Positions 1 to 15,000 are shown, counted from the first letter of the stretch. The stretch is 64,000 bases of DNA from Eimeria praecox (GCA_963920595.1 OY986946.1:7564001-7628000); one strand, 5' to 3'. Numbers and translations are program-made. The notes: generated by a model from the letters alone, not told the origin.

Positions 1-869
1 CTGATAAGATGGAGGCTTTGAGTTAGAAGGCTTAAGCTGCTAGTACAGGACGATATGTATGAAGTTGGTGTTTGTGTTTCTGTTCATTTGCTGGCTGATT
101 GATGAAAGCTAAGCAAATGTTTAATGACTGTTTACAGTACATTACATTATATTCTACAAAAGTGTAGCGCATGCAGCAAACAGATTACTTATGCATGCGG
201 CAGCTGCTGCAGCAATATGAATTGCGTGCGTCTCTTGAGTGTGTTGCCTCCTTCTCTATGGGATTCTGATCCTTAAGATGGCAGTCTTGAGGAACGCAAC
301 ATGGTAGAATGAAGATTATGTGATTTGTATTAACTCTTTATTCAACTATTTAAATAAATATTGTAGCTTTCCACTCTCCTCCGCTAAGATTCAGACCTTT
401 CATTAGTCTACAATTAGTCTATATCATGAATACTACAGCAGCCAGCACCCAAAACATCGCCTTCTATGCACCTGTGATATCGAAAGCCTACACTTTTCAG
501 GGTAAAACATTATACGATTAGAAACGATTCATCAGTTTTTATACAAGTATCGGCATCGAGGAGCCGTCTTGTTGGGGTCTAAGGCTTCATTTTCCAGGGC
601 AAATCATGATGTGTGATTAAAAGCAATTCATGGATATTCCTTTAAGTTTAACTTCAATTAATTGTGCTTTGTTATACATGCTAACGCGCCCATCGAATGA
701 AAGCCCCGTGCATGCGTTGCACAGATCCGCTGCTGCAGGGGCCCCGGATATATCGCCGGCAGGTGACAGACAAGCGGAAAGCGACGAGTTGAAGGTTACA
801 TGTTATTGCTTTTTTTAGTTTAAAGAACGAGTTGCAGCAAATTCATATATTTCTTTCATATTTCGCAAA

Positions 870-1965
870 ATGTCACGAGCTGAGCCGGACGTGACGGTGC
901 CTCCAGGCGACCCCAAGGCTGGCGCGAAGGTGTTTAAGGCAAAGTGCGCTCAATGCCACACTGTAAACAAAGGTAATTCATTTCTTTTTATTTATTTTAA
1001 TGTGAAGTATTTAATTTTATGCTTCTGAATGTGAAGCAGCAAACGGAAAGAAGGATAAACAAGTAGCCACCTCGGCGCTCGTCGAATACGCACACGAAGG
1101 TTTTGGTGATTTGTATTTGATTTACGTTTAATGTTTCGTCTCATTTAATTATTAAATTCGGATGTCTAATCCAATTTCGACTATATACTTTGTCTTCTGC
1201 AGTTTAAATGATCATAGGGGGACCTGCTGCACACGTTCTAGTCGATGGTGTTTGATTGTTGAATTCTTCATTTCCTTCTTGCTTTAGAGCATCATTTGTG
1301 GCTCTCCGCTTCTCTCGCCTTTTCTTCTTTTATCATTTATCTGTCTGTACTTCTCCGCTTGTATCATAGACTCGTTAATAAGCCTATTTGAGCGATTGAC
1401 CCTCCTCACGTCTACAGTTCATGAAGTTCATGAGGTCTTTGCATTTATTTATTTTGAGGATGCGTCTAACCATCGCTGCGGGTTGAAAGTTTCTCGCGAT
1501 GTTTGTCGGTTAGGTAAAGGTGCTTTTATTGTGTTTTTCTCTCGTATTCACTTTCTTTCCCCTCGGGATTTTCTCTGGAATATCACTCCTACTTGTAATA
1601 ATCATCATCACGATTATCATTGGTGGTGATCCGTTTATATTTCATCAGCATTTTGTTGTATGGTTGATATTTTCATGGGTATTTCTGTGTTTTTTTGCAT
1701 GTGTGCATGCATGCATGCAGGTGGCGCGGCGAAGCAGGGCCCAAATCTGTTTGGCTTTCTTGGGCGGGCTTCGGGTTCTGCGGATTTCCCTTACAGCGAG
1801 GCGAATAAGAATAGCGGTATTGTTTGGAGTGAGAAGCATCTGTGGGAATACCTTGTCAATCCAAGGTCGTACATTCCAGGGACGAAGATGGTGTTTGCAG
1901 GGATCAAGAAAGAAACAGAACGTGCTAATCTTATCGCTTATCTCGTTGAGGCCACAAAACCCTAA
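870..1965 (+). CDS. CYC: Mitochondrial cytochrome c (2 exons: 870-972, 1721-1965)
   Basis: Exon 1 reads [34 protein letters not shown] with the CxxCH heme motif. A GT..AG intron (973-1720) joins in phase to [16 protein letters not shown]...[25 protein letters not shown], which carries the Met80-equivalent in GTKMVF. Confidence 0.97.
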
Positions 1966-4900
1966 ACAAACTCTAAATCCTCAGAGACAATCGTATAACC
2001 CTCAACAAACCCGAAACCCTCCTCAACGTTGTTTCATACAATTACCCCCCGTGCATATGAATCTCGTAATTACGCACAGGCGGCTTAGGCTGTTGAATCA
2101 TAATAATACGAGAATAGGCTGCAAAATGCACCCAGTTTATTTTTCGTTTGTTCATTAAACACCCTTAACACGTTTATGTTGTATGATCGTATTCTTGTGC
2201 GCGGACACAGCCACCCAGAGTAGAGTGACGAGCTGCAGAGTGATTATACAGAAGGAAACAAAACAACAAATAACTTAAATGCAACGAAGCAAAGCAAGAT
2301 GCATATTTGTCTGGTGAAAGGGGGTGTGATAAGGCTTAAATGTATTTCTTCTTGTTTCTGTTATTGCTTTCGAACTACCTCACACTGCCTTCATAGAACA
2401 TGTTATTTGATCGTGCACAAGTCCTTCTGTGTGGAAATGAGTGTGTGTGTTTATGTGTGTGTTTGCCTTCGGCTTTCGCCGTAGATACGTTCGGTGCAGC
2501 TGTCGATGTAACAATATTTCATGATTCTCTATTTTACAACATATATATTGCATTCTTCTATTGATTTGCTGCATTACATAGTGCGATGTTTACGGAAGAC
2601 TATGCTGTGTAAGGATAGTCTTTAGAGTCAGGTTCTCTGACCAGCAATAATATGTTCTCGCATATTCCGAAACATTACATTGTTCCCCTTTTTTATTTTT
2701 GCTTAATCTTTACCTGCACAGAGACAAGTACCCTTGCGATTTTAATTTATTATGAAGGCTTGTTTATGTTGAAGATACAAGAGCTAGCTAGTAGCAGTTT
2801 CCCCCAATAACTAAGGCGAACGACGCCTCATCTGTGCTGTCAAGTTCTTTAGAAATCAAAATTTTAGAGAGAAAATAGAAAGTAACAGAGGACAGAACTC
2901 AGCCCCGGCTGTTCGCCTAAAATACAAATGTATCGCCTCCGCGAGCGAAGAGCTCCGGAGAGTGAAGGGAGTAAGAAGGGCTTATTGAATAGAGTTTTGT
3001 GAATAGGTTGGAAGGGGCATCGTTTGCTATTTCCCTTCAGACATAAAGGAATAGCTATATTTAACATTAGGGAACAGTTCATCAATAGAACACCGAAGAA
3101 AGACGAAGAAAAATACACAGATTACGGTTTGCCGCTTCTGCTCAAAGTCTCTGCGAGGGGCACAACTCTGCCTGAAGCGAAGGGAAGCACACAACCTTCA
3201 TCAACTTTAGTTTCTGTCCTTTGTATGGACTCTTCTGTTTGCATGTACCCATTTAATTGTTGCTGTTATGGCGTCGTTTCCATTTGGTGTATTTCTTCAT
3301 TTTTTCAAAACATCACTAATAACTCTTGTTTAGGCTTTTAGCGTGTGTTGGTGGCTATCGGCACAAGTACAATTCTTCTCTGTCTTTCAAAGCATACATG
3401 CGATAATCCCAAGTAAAATAGACAGCTGATATGTGCTGCATTTCAAATGAATAGTCAGTGATCTACGGTGTGAGAGAATCGCTCGCATAACTTCGATTAC
3501 TACTTTTTCAGATGGCTGCAGCGCTGTTTGTTCTTTCAGGCGAAACTTTCGAATTGAGAGGTAAGCTCTAAGGGCATAGGGGCTGTCTTTTGACGCTCTC
3601 ACCATGTCTATAGTAAGTAGACTCCGAAAATTCACGTATATCGTCTTCTTCTTCAGCAGGTGGAGGATCGATAGCTGCTAGTAGTGGGCGGTATGCTACT
3701 TCTTGTAAATTGCCCTTGTCGCACAACCACAGACAAAGCTAGAAAAAACAAAGCACAGCGAACAGACCAATAAAACAAAGTGAAAACAACAAGGCAGCGT
3801 ACATATGGGCTCTTTACAGGGAGCTTTCTTGGTGAATGGTGAAATGTGTTTAAAGAGCCAGTTATCATATAATTTTTCGCATCGCGTGATCAGGCTGTTG
3901 CTAGTAAAGTCGAACAACAGCAACAGCAGCAGCAGTAGCAACAGCAACAACAGTAGAGCAAGCAACAACGTTTAAGAGTTTCAGCATTTTAAAGCAACTA
4001 AGCAATCACCATGTAAAGGGAGAATCGATATGCAGCGTGCCTTTTGACCAAGTGTTACTCATGTACTGTTGTATTGATAGGACTATTTTGAACACTGCCT
4101 TTTCAGCTAGTTTTATTAGTGTATGTGCGAGTTTATTTGTTTGTATTTCTAAATTCGCACCAAGTCAAGTTCCTCCTCAGTGATGGGGAGACCCAACATT
4201 CCCAAAATGCGCCACAACTGGCGGCGCGTCACATGTTGCCTTCGAGGTTAAGACCAGATTGCAAAGAAGACGAAGGTGCTTATTAATAAAGAGAGCGAAA
4301 ATGAATTACAGACAGAGGCAAAGTCAAGCCGAGCGTGAAACGTGAATCAAGCAAAAAGGATTTGGAACAAATTCGAAACAAAGTGGATTTAAAGAGAAAA
4401 TATTTTCAGACATGTGGCGCAGGTGGATAGCATGCATATCGGCATAGGGATGTTGACAGCTACGAGGAAACACGTTTAAAGGTGATATTTCATATATGGG
4501 CAGTGCAGTGAATTCACGCTTTTCAAATAGACAAGCAAGAAGCAGTTGTTTGGTTGCTCGTCAGAGACGCAACAAAGTGTTTCTTTGAATACGCGCAGAT
4601 GAACACCTTATATGAAATGTGCCTGTTTGCTTTTTACGTGCGTTGCTTGTCAAAATCCTGAAAGGTGGGGAGGAGAATTTTCCGGGTTTGTTTGACTTGG
4701 AAAGCCAACCGGTCTTGCAATACTTTTAGCCTCTTCTGCACACAAATGCAGCTTCATTGGTTGAGTTTATGTAGATGCGCCTATAAATAAAAGCGCCTCT
4801 GTACTTGTCTGCATGAATCGCCCTCAAATCATTGTTGTTGTATCTGTTGATATGCATTCAACTCTAATGATTCCGCCTGCCTACCGTTGGAGCAGCTGCA

Positions 4901-5292
4901 CTCAATGAATTGTGTTTAATTACATTTTCAACACTTGTGAAGTGAAAATAGTGTAGAAGAGACTTCAAGAGGACAAAGAGTGTGATAAGAGGTGCAAAAG
5001 TTGCTAAAGAGTAGCGTAAATGTGCATTTTAATAAGAAGTTCAGCACTTCGGGCCCCTGAAGCGCCAAGTGTGGCTTTTCCTTTTCTGTTCAGTCATTGT
5101 TCTGAATCGGAGTGGCTTGATGATTTCATTGCTGTTAGTGTCTTTTTAGTGTTGTGTTTGAACGTTAGTCAGCGAAAAAACCGATAAGCTTTCTGCGTTT
5201 TTCCATCATCGCTAAGCGAAATCCCAGGAACGTTCAGCTGTCAGCGTCGGTTCTAAAGATATACATTTTGCTACATGAACCCCCTCTGCCTA

Positions 5293-5860
5293 ACCTAAAC
5301 CCTAAACCCTAAGCTTCACGTCTTCCTGTCTGTGACTCCATACTCATTGGGGGTATGCTCGTGGAAGCCACTAGCACGAAACGCCAAATCCTGAGACCTT
5401 TATCTTCTTTCGCTCTTTTCTACCTCATTCGTGTTCTCTAAGCTAAGCAACCGTAGCCCTTAATTCTAAACAAAGTCAAACTCCTCCCTGCGCAGGTTGT
5501 TTAGCGGTTTCTATGGCGCAAGAATTCTAAATCCTAAACTTGTAATCTCCTTACGCATGTATCGTCAGTGGTACCCATTTTGCCTTTCATAACTGAAAAT
5601 CGTATCCCCTAGACCCTAAACGCTAAGCCTTAAACCTACTCTCCCACTCACTCACTGTGTTGTTGCCTGTCTATACTGACAATCCTGAATTGTAAACCCT
5701 AGACCGCAACCGCAAGAGACTTCCTCTTGTGGCGGCTTTGTCTTCTTGTGCTGCAAACTCTTAACCGTGAAGCCTCCGTTTCCCTATTATCTACCCTTCA
5801 GTCATGCTAGGTTTTTGTACCCGCTCCGCATACCCTAAACTCTAAACCCTAAACCCTTCT
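5293..5860 (+). repeat. Cluster of degenerate telomere-like (AAACCCT) heptamers
   Basis: cctaaaccctaaaccctaa at 5293-5312, with further AAACCCT/AAACTCT/AAATCCT variants near 5525, 5610-5640, 5695 and 5833-5856. Other copies occur at about 1958-1980, 17920-17935, 18141-18165, 24763 and 25140. Confidence 0.75.
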
Positions 5861-8800
5861 TACCAGTTCCTCTTCAGTCATGGTAGTTTTGTCCTCCTGT
5901 GCAAGCCTGAGCTCTGTCGGAGTTCGGATTGGCACGACGCGGGTTGGGTATTGCTGGGCCTCCTGGAGAAAACAAAGAAGCACATAAAGGTAATGAAAGA
6001 AAAAGTGTGTACAAGGGGTGAAATGTAATATGCTTGCTTCAGGCATTTAAAACATTCATGCGTTTTGTACGTTTGGACCTATGATCCAACCGCTCCATAG
6101 ATACCACGAGTGCTGCATCTCCGTTGCCGGATGACGAAATATGAAGGGGTTAAGCCCTTTGAACATTTATAACAATGTTTGTAGCGATGCTTGTAAAGAC
6201 GCCTGGAGTTCTCTAGAGTCACGAATCATATCCGAGACAGCATGTTTGTTGGAGACTTGGAGGCAATATGTTAATAATAAAGGCACTGAACAACTCATGT
6301 GCAATTCGGCCTAGCAAATTAACTGCATTTGGTGTGTTAGCATGAAGACTGCATACACGAAGCAAGTGTTCAAATAGAAAAGCTTTGCAGATAAACGAAA
6401 CTAAAAACGGGGGTGTGTATATGTCATGAATGTACAGCAGTACGGATGTAGTGGGTGCGGGTGTAAAGATGCACTGTAGCCTTAAGTGTGCTAAGTGTGC
6501 ATAGATTTGTGTGTCTTCTCGGCGTTTAATGTGTGGAACGCCATGAACGTGAAATGCAAGAATGCATGTGTACGGTGCATCGTGTGAACGACAAATATAC
6601 AGCAAAGCCGATTGGCTTTCTCCAGTATACGGAAGGATTACCGGGTTAGTGAGGCTGCTTTCGATTCTTTTGCAAAGCCTGTCGTATTCAAACATTCCGT
6701 CAGGTCGCACAAACTGCTCCAAAAGACTTTCCCAGTCGTTCTGTAAAAGCAGCAAAATACAAAAATGTCAAAGTGCAGGTACACCTTTGCTTTCTTGTCC
6801 TTGTCACCATCCACTGCGCCTTCAATATGCTACAAATCCACTGGGGTATTGCATTTATGCGTCTCCTCATCCCTCGCATTGGATCAACTTGATCTACCAT
6901 GTGACTGCCCCCTCTTTTCACTCGTAGGCTACTTTATTTTCTCGTACACACCGCGGGCACCAAACCCATTATCGGTTGAAGTTTTAAACTGCTTCATTAA
7001 TACTCATTCGAGTGCATTTACATATATTAGTTCGTTGCTTCTGCTTCCCCTCGTTCAGGAGGAAACTTACCTCGCCCAGGGGAAGTCGCAGCATAGACAA
7101 CAAAACTGCCTGCGCCTGCTGGATGGTGCAGACACCCTTTCTTAAGCCGTCAAAATCTCGAAAGCTTTCTCTTAGGGGCAGCTGGTTGGCGCCAACTCCG
7201 GTCTGCATCACAGCGCAGCGTTTGTATTCGTTTTCTTTGCCTTCGTCGCCTCCCCTCTGTTTCGTAGCCTGTTTTACATGGAGCCTGTATCTGTATGCAG
7301 TGTGCTTCCGTTTGACGTTTCCTCATGGTGTGCGTCTATAGGGTTTGGCCCTTATTTGGCTCGTTGCTGCTTTGCTGCTGTTTGGGTATCTTGCACAATC
7401 AGCCATTGCTGGCCAGTCAGCAGGTGCCAACGCTAACAAGCGCTTCTAACTAAAAAGCATGATAATAATAACAAAGATTTCTGGTAATCGGTACAAAGCC
7501 GAATACACCGCAAAAAAGAACAGGCCGCGGCGTTCCCCTTTGATGGCACTACGCGAAGTTGAACAGGCCGAGATACTTTCGCCGCAGCTCGAGATTTCGA
7601 GTGACTTGTTATGAAACAGCGGGGTTCAGACAGCAACCGAAACTCATAAGCGGTCTTCAAATGCAGCATCACTCAGCACCAGAACCATTACCCTTTGTCC
7701 TCCTCTGCTTCACTTTTGCTCCCTTTACATGCATTACGTTCTACGCTGCATCTTTCCAGCTTCCATATTCTGTATTTCTTTCTTGTGTATTTGGTGTATG
7801 CAGCATTAAGCAGCAGTTAACAGCAGTTCACTTGTACCCAAATGCTGAACCGTCCTCACTTCGATCTTTTCTAAAACACTTCGTTTCTCTCTTGCCCAGC
7901 TTCTCTTCGTGTCCCTGGATGATCGCGCTGTTGACCCATCGTCCGTGTGTCTCTCGGCAAAGGCTTCACCGGCCCCCATAAAGGTGCCGGGTTCCTGCAA
8001 GGTGGACCTCGGGTATCCTAAAGGATTACTAGGGGCCCCTGAAGAGGCATTGGGGATCTGCAAAGCTGTACTGGGAGCCCCTAGGGAGCACCCATGCGGC
8101 CCTTTAGAATCCGCTGGGGGAGAAGTTTCTGGGGGAGGCCCGTCGACGAGCTGATACAGTTTCCTGCAGTCGACTAAACCGTCAGAAGTCATTAACAGGC
8201 GAGCCAACTGATATATTTCTTCTTCTGTAAATTTATCTGCAAGCATAAACAAGAAGCGGAAAAGTCAAGAGCGGAGGCCTCAACAACAAAGGCACCCAAA
8301 GCCATACACCTGGAAAAGCAGCAACTGCAACCCCAAGTAAACGCAAGAGCCATAGTAACGGTAAGAACGAGAGCTACAGAAGTAATGATCATTGCCTTTG
8401 TTACTCTCATTCTCGCCGTTACCACAAAGAAAAGCAGCGACCGAATCAGTGGTTCTGGTAATAGCAATAGGAAGAGTTGAGCGAGTACGCATAGTCGCAC
8501 TAAGAGTATCAGGGATAGAGATAGCAACCGCAGCGTGATTTAAAATAGAAACAACGAGTATTGTAATAAGAATGAAGCGATCGCTTTGGTAGAGTATCAT
8601 ATCCGCGTGGCTGCGGTAAGAGAATCAAACCATTTCACGTGCAGATACGGCTGCGTTTAGATGCCCCTTAATACAGACGAATTGCCTATCCTGTTGTTGC
8701 TGCTGGTTTTATTTTTTCCTGTTGGTGCGTCTGCTGGCGCTGATATTGAAAATGCCTCTGCTGCTGCTGCTCTTGCGCTTGAGGCTCCTGTTTTTTTGCT

Positions 8801-9616
8801 GTTTCTACCGCTCCTTCCGTATCCGTTCTCCTTCCTCTGCTTCTCTTGCTGCACGCTCTGCTGGTGCTGCTGCCGTGTTGGTTCTTTTGAAGCATTTACG
8901 TACTTTCTCTGAAGGCGATGGGGAAGGCTCGCTGGAAGACGCTGAGAGGAATTTTCCCGCTGTGCTTGTCGAAAGGAGCGAAAGCAGCTCTCAAGTCCAG
9001 ACACCTTGTTTTGGTCAGAAGACGCAGTTGCTTCAGGGCTCTGTTTGCCTGTAGCGCCTCCTCAGGCTGTAGCTGCACCTCGGGGAGAGGCTGCAGTATT
9101 TCGCCTGCCGTTCACGCATGCATGCATCTCGGGATAACTGGAGAATGCTGCGTTTTATTGCGCCATGGAGCATTGGAACTGCAAGTTTTCATGAGTGTGT
9201 TTCGGTTTGTGCATTTAAAGCAGGGCTTGCATTTCTTTAATTTTTTTTATTCGGCGTAACAACGGGGAGAAAGGTGAAGTCTAAGGGTTTTGTTTGCCTG
9301 GCGCAAGAGGGGTGGCGTAAGGATCTTTCTCCAGGTCTGCCAACCTAAATACTTTGTCAACATCGTAACAAAATTCTCTGTACTTGACTGCTCCCGTCGG
9401 CGGCGAGATATACGCCTTGGCTAGATGCGCTGCATCGGCCTCCGTTAGACGAATCCCCGCAACGTCTAACGCTCTGTGAAATTGGGCCGGTGAAACTTCC
9501 CCATGATTCAGGTGATCGAAGGGCTTAAAAAATGCTTTCAAATTTACAGCGCGCACAAAGACCTGCCGACGCACGCTGTCTAGCAGAGCGCTGCAGCTGC
9601 TGTCCGTCGCTTCCAT
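5849..9616 (-). CDS. Multi-exon EF-hand calcium-binding protein (3' end uncertain)
   Basis: Repeated EF-hand-like loops lie in successive minus-strand exons: FKPFDHLNHGEVSPAQFHRAL (9616-9298), FAPFDKHSGKIPLSVFQRAF (9104-~8904), KFTEEEIYQLARLLMTSDGLVDCRKL (~8236-7838), FRDFDGLRKGVCTIQQ (~7200-7070), FVRPDGMFEYDRLCKRIE (~6740-6630) and an exon at ~5960-5860. Splice phases of the first three exons are consistent. Confidence 0.75.
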
Positions 9617-12033
9617 CGCCTGTATCCAACTTCAACAATTTTTGATTGCACAGCCCCTCTGCTGCTTCGAACCACCCACGCAGTTTTCTCTGCTACTTTT
9701 CCGTTCAGATCAATGAGTGCAGTTCGCTTGTTTGCTGTTGACTAGATGCTGACGCAGCCTTTCCCCAATTCAGCGGCTGCCGAGGCGCCCAGGGAAATGT
9801 AGTGGCTTTACACAATTAGCGCTTTAGTGAACCCAAGCCCCAAACACTCTCAGTTTGTACCCCAAAGGCTGGGGAGGGAAGCAAACGAAATTTAAGTGGT
9901 TTTTCTAACAAAAGTTGGCTGGCCTGTGGGCCTCTACATGCAGACAGAGAGCACCGCAAGCGCATGGGCCGTCGTCACTTGGGGGCAATATCGGCTTCTT
10001 TTGGCGTATTTTCCCTAGTTTTCACTGTTTAATTTTTTAATGCCTTTTATTTAATCGTTTCACTAAATCAGAGGGCAGAACACGTTTGGGTTCGTTCTAA
10101 GGTAGAACCGGAGGTGCGGACACAAGGTCTCGCTGCAAGCGAATTTATTTATTGCACAATTTAACAGAACAAGGCTAAATCGCGGAACAAAACACTTTGT
10201 TTATAATGAATTTTCTCTTTTAACTAACAAAGGCATACTATGTAGACTAAATTCGACTCCTGTCGTTACTCTTGCCGAGAGCCCTATGGCACACAGCAAG
10301 CACGTATGAAATACTGCTGCGGCTGGTACGGAGCATACATTTGTGCTCCTGCTGTTGCAACTTTCCTGAGCAGTTATTTGAAATAATTATTTGTTTAATT
10401 GTTGACGATTGCAAAAGATCTGCACGCATGCTACAAGTTTTCAACATGGGCTTGCCTTCCAAGTGACCTTGTAGCGTACAGTGCTCTTAGCTGCCACTAC
10501 AATTCAGTCCTTGGGTGCATATCCGCCCTTATACGCTACACTCAGTGCTTATCCCTTAATATAAACTTAAAATATCAAAAGGTCCCCATGTTAGGGCTTA
10601 CTCCCTGAAAGGAGGGCTGTAATAATACTAGCATGATGGCCCCTTGCTGCTCAATGCCTCGACTGCAGCACCAGTCTCATGTGCAGCTACCACCCGTGAT
10701 TTAGATGCAGACGATTTCTGGATTAGCTGCCTAATTTTAGCCGAGTACTGTTTTGCCTTATTTCTAATAATGCATTTCAGTGCTCTTCTCACTAATTGGG
10801 TATTAGGCTGCCGAACTTGCGTTCCAATGCAGTGCTGCCTCACTACAGACCTCGTGCAGCAGGGCCCCCCACTTCGCTAACATGCAGCAGCACACGCATG
10901 CTGCTCATGGTCTTGTTTCCCTGTTAAAGATGAATACACTTCATAACAATGTAGGCAGAATGCATTGGAGAAGAACCAATATCCCTCGAGCCCGTTGAGC
11001 ACTTAAGACGCTCCGTTGCGTCATGCCTTCGGCCCCGATGTGCTCATAATTCATTTGATGCAAGAAGGCTTCGCCCTTTCATCTTTGTTCAGAAGTTAAA
11101 ACGAGGCATAATGCCGTCAAAAGAACTACTCCTTGTGCATATACATGAATATATGCGTTAATTATTGTATGCACACATTTCTTCTGATGAGTAACAAGTA
11201 TGTAATGTATACTTATATGCGTGTGTACGTTGGCATACATACGTGCATGCATATTAGTGAATATATATAGTGAGAAAAGCAGATCATGCGCGGCTGAGAT
11301 GGAGTGACTGAGAAGGACAAAGGCACAAATGCAGGGACTCAGAGAAGGCGGTACAGAGACGCTAACGCCTTTCGGTAGCCGTATTAAGAGTGGCAACGAT
11401 GCTCCACTGCAGTAACAAGACTAAGACGGCCTACTAATAAAGTTTCAAACGACGAATACTTTGAAGGACTTGCCTCCTCACCAAGGCGTTGATTACTAAA
11501 GAGCAGTAGGGCCCTATTGAAGAGCGAGCCTTCCAAGGGAATAAGTGCTGCGCTCTGTCGTGCTGCAGCAACCCTGAAGGCTAGCCAGAGTTTTACAACT
11601 CGTTTAATTGTATATACGCACTGGTTAAAGGCATGCATGTTCAGCAATGGAGACAGGCAGGTCTCCATTAATCGCATTCTTAAAAATGTCAAAAAGATAT
11701 TTGCTTAGGCTGGCAGCCAATAGTCATCTACCCCTGCGGCTGTCTGCCGCACAGCACGTCGCTGACTATCGCAAACAAAGCGCGTCTGGTGACTGTTTCA
11801 AACAAAATTTATTTAGCTGTTCTTCTTGGGCATTTCCAAGCAGCAGTAATGCTAGTATTTGTTGTTGCTTGGCTGTTAGGTGCAGTCATTGCTTATTATT
11901 AGCCATTATTCAATATCAACAAATACGTAGAGCTTTAAGTATATTTAGTAGTAATACAATAGCAAGAAAATAACAAGAAGAATAGGAAAACGAGAGTAAT
12001 ACGAATACGAAGAATGCCGCCATGATGGTACAT

Positions 12034-15000
12034 TCACCTAGCAAGGCGCTTTCTTCTCCACTGCGTCGTGTTGTCGAGGACTAGGGCTTCTAAAACCGCC
12101 AAGGCTTCATCCGAGGCATTTAAACACGGTATTACCCGCAACACTCCTGCACCTGCCTGCAGCAGCAACATCAGTAGCAGCAGCAGCAACAGAAGCCATA
12201 GCAACAATTGGAGCAACAAACAAGAGCAACAGCATCGTCGCCATCACCAGGAACGATCGCAACAACAACAAGAGCGATAGCAGGAGAGCAAGCAAGAACA
12301 GCATCAGCAGTAGCAGCAACAAATGCGCCAACAGGAGCAAGAATAACCGCAGCAGCAGCTGCTGCTGCAGCTGCAAGAGTATTTGGCCATTTATGGTGGG
12401 CGTGCACAGAGGGGACACAGCATGCTTTGACGAGGAGATAACAACGTCTTTACATGCCTCTAAATTCAATAAACCACACCAAGACGTCTGGTGCTTCACG
12501 TACTTCCCCCTCATCTAACGCACGCCTGCTCATATCTCTAATAGTCTGTCTGTTTGGCGTTTCGCTTGCGTGTTCGCTTGGGTCTTCGCCTACCTGCTGC
12601 TGCTGCTGCTCTTTTTCTGCATATGATCTATATACCTATATATCTATATATCTATGTATCTAAATATCCATATATCTATATATCTATATCTATATCTATA
12701 TCTATATCTATATCTATATCTATATATCTATATCTATATATCTATATCTATATCTATATCTATATCTATATCTATATCTATATCTATATCTATATATCTA
12801 TATCTATATATCTATATCTATATATCTATATCTATATATCTATATCTATATCTATATCTATATATCTATATCTATATATCTATATCTATATATCTATATC
12901 TATATATCTATATCTATATATCTATATCTATATATCTATATCTATATATCTATATCTATATATCTATATCTATATATCTATATCTATATATCTATATCTA
13001 TATATCTATATCTATATATCTATATCTATATATCTATATCTATATATCTATATCTATATATCTATATCTATATATCTATATCTATATATCTATATCTATA
13101 TATCTATATCTATATATCTATATCTATATATCTATATCTATATATCTATATCTATATATCTATATCTATATATCTATATCTATATATCTATATCTATATC
13201 TATATCTATATCTATATCTATATCTATATCTATATCTATATCTATATCTATATCTATATATCTATATCTATATCTATATCTATATACCTATATTTACATC
13301 TATATCTATATCTATATCTATATCTATATCTATATCTATATCTATATCTATATCTATATCTATATCTATATCTATATCTATATCTATATCTATATCTATA
13401 TCTATATCTATATATCTATATCTATATCTATATCTATATCTATATCTATATCTATATCTATATCTATATCTATATCTATATCTATGATATACAGATACAG
13501 ATAAAGATATAGATATATACATATAGACAGATATAGATATAGATAGATATAGATACGGAGATATAGATACAGAGATACAGATATAGATATATAGATTGCA
13601 TGTATACAGATAGACAGGTGGATAGACAGACACAAAGAAAATGAAGCATCTGTTTTTGTGTGAATGCACCTTGATGCACTCGAATATACATAGGCTTTTA
13701 GAGATGAGGATAGCTCACAGTGTGTTTTCTGAAATGCTTTGCAGCTTCTGTTTGAATTTCTTCCAGCGTCTCCAAGCAGTCCGCAGCGAACCCCGGAAGA
13801 ACGACATCCACAGAACGACACCCGGCTCCAGCAAGAGCCTCCAAAGCCTGTCCAAACACCAACGCATGCATGCAGAGCAAACCAAGGATATGAAAGAATA
13901 CATTAGATGCAATACGTGCAGCTAATAAGCTGCCTAAGCCCATGGGCAATGAAGGAAAACCCATGACACAGGCAAGATAAAAATGTACACCAACTAGCGA
14001 TGTACACAGTCGTAGCACAGAGGCATCATATAACAAATACACAAATACGATGGCGGCGTACTAGCTAAGCGGATATATGAGGGAAAGCAGCAAAGGCGGG
14101 CCATAATATATAAAAAAGAATACATAACACTTTGCATAACAATTAGAATGACGGTAATCAATAGCTAAATAGCGAACAGAACAATGCAGCCAAGCACCAA
14201 CAAAAGAAACAAAAGCTGGCAAGCGTACACCATGATGGACAAATTTAAACAGGGGAAAGGAAGCATACGAAATGAAGTACAACACAAGGAAGCAAATGTC
14301 AGCTCAAGCAAACGAAATGCACGAAAAGAGGATAAACAGCAGGCAAAACATGCGAAACAACAAGTTAGAGCTGCCGAAGACAAACTCAGCTACTGGCCAG
14401 GCGAGCAAGCAAAAGAGAAAATATGACGAATGCCCACAAACCAACTCAGCAAAGAAAATAATCATTCAGCAGACACACATGCAAGCAGGAGGTGGGCAGA
14501 GATGAACATATCACACACACAAAAAAAACAGAAGGAATCAACCTCGAAGAGTATAGGCAAAGTAGCAAGGAAAAAAAGTGTAAAAGACGGTAAAACAAGG
14601 AGTCAGGAGAGCAAGCATAAAGAAAAAAGTTAATTAAGTGCTTAGATATTTGGAGTAATCGGAAGCCATGCTGAAGAAGCTGTAGCAGTAGCAGCAGAAA
14701 CAGCAGCAGTAGCATCAGAAGGAACAGCAGCAGTAGCAACGGCAGCAGCCAGCAGCAGCAGAAGCAGAAGCAAGCTTACGGGTATGAGATAGGGTTGAGT
14801 CCATTCAGAGCATCCTGTCCTAGACTGCATAGCGACCTCATATTCCCCAGCCTGCATAGCGGCAGCAACAGCAGCCACAAGGCAAGCGCACTCAAATCCC
14901 CAGCGGCAGCTCAGAATGAACAGCTGCTGCAATGCAAAAAGCATATGGAGCAGCAGGTAGCGTCAGCAGCAGCAATACAGCCAACGCCAAGAGGAACAAT

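Noticed and set aside
2300..5200. Short ORFs between cytochrome c and the EF-hand gene
   Set aside because: No recognisable motifs. They may hide further 3' exons of the EF-hand gene, but I could not support specific ones.
9900..11950. Short ORFs upstream of the EF-hand gene
   Set aside because: No coherent exon chain or domain; treated as intergenic or UTR.
12554..13821. Long ORFs of IY/IS/YL/ID dipeptides (316 aa, 277 aa and others)
   Set aside because: These are stop-free translations of the TATATC satellite inside an intron, not genes.
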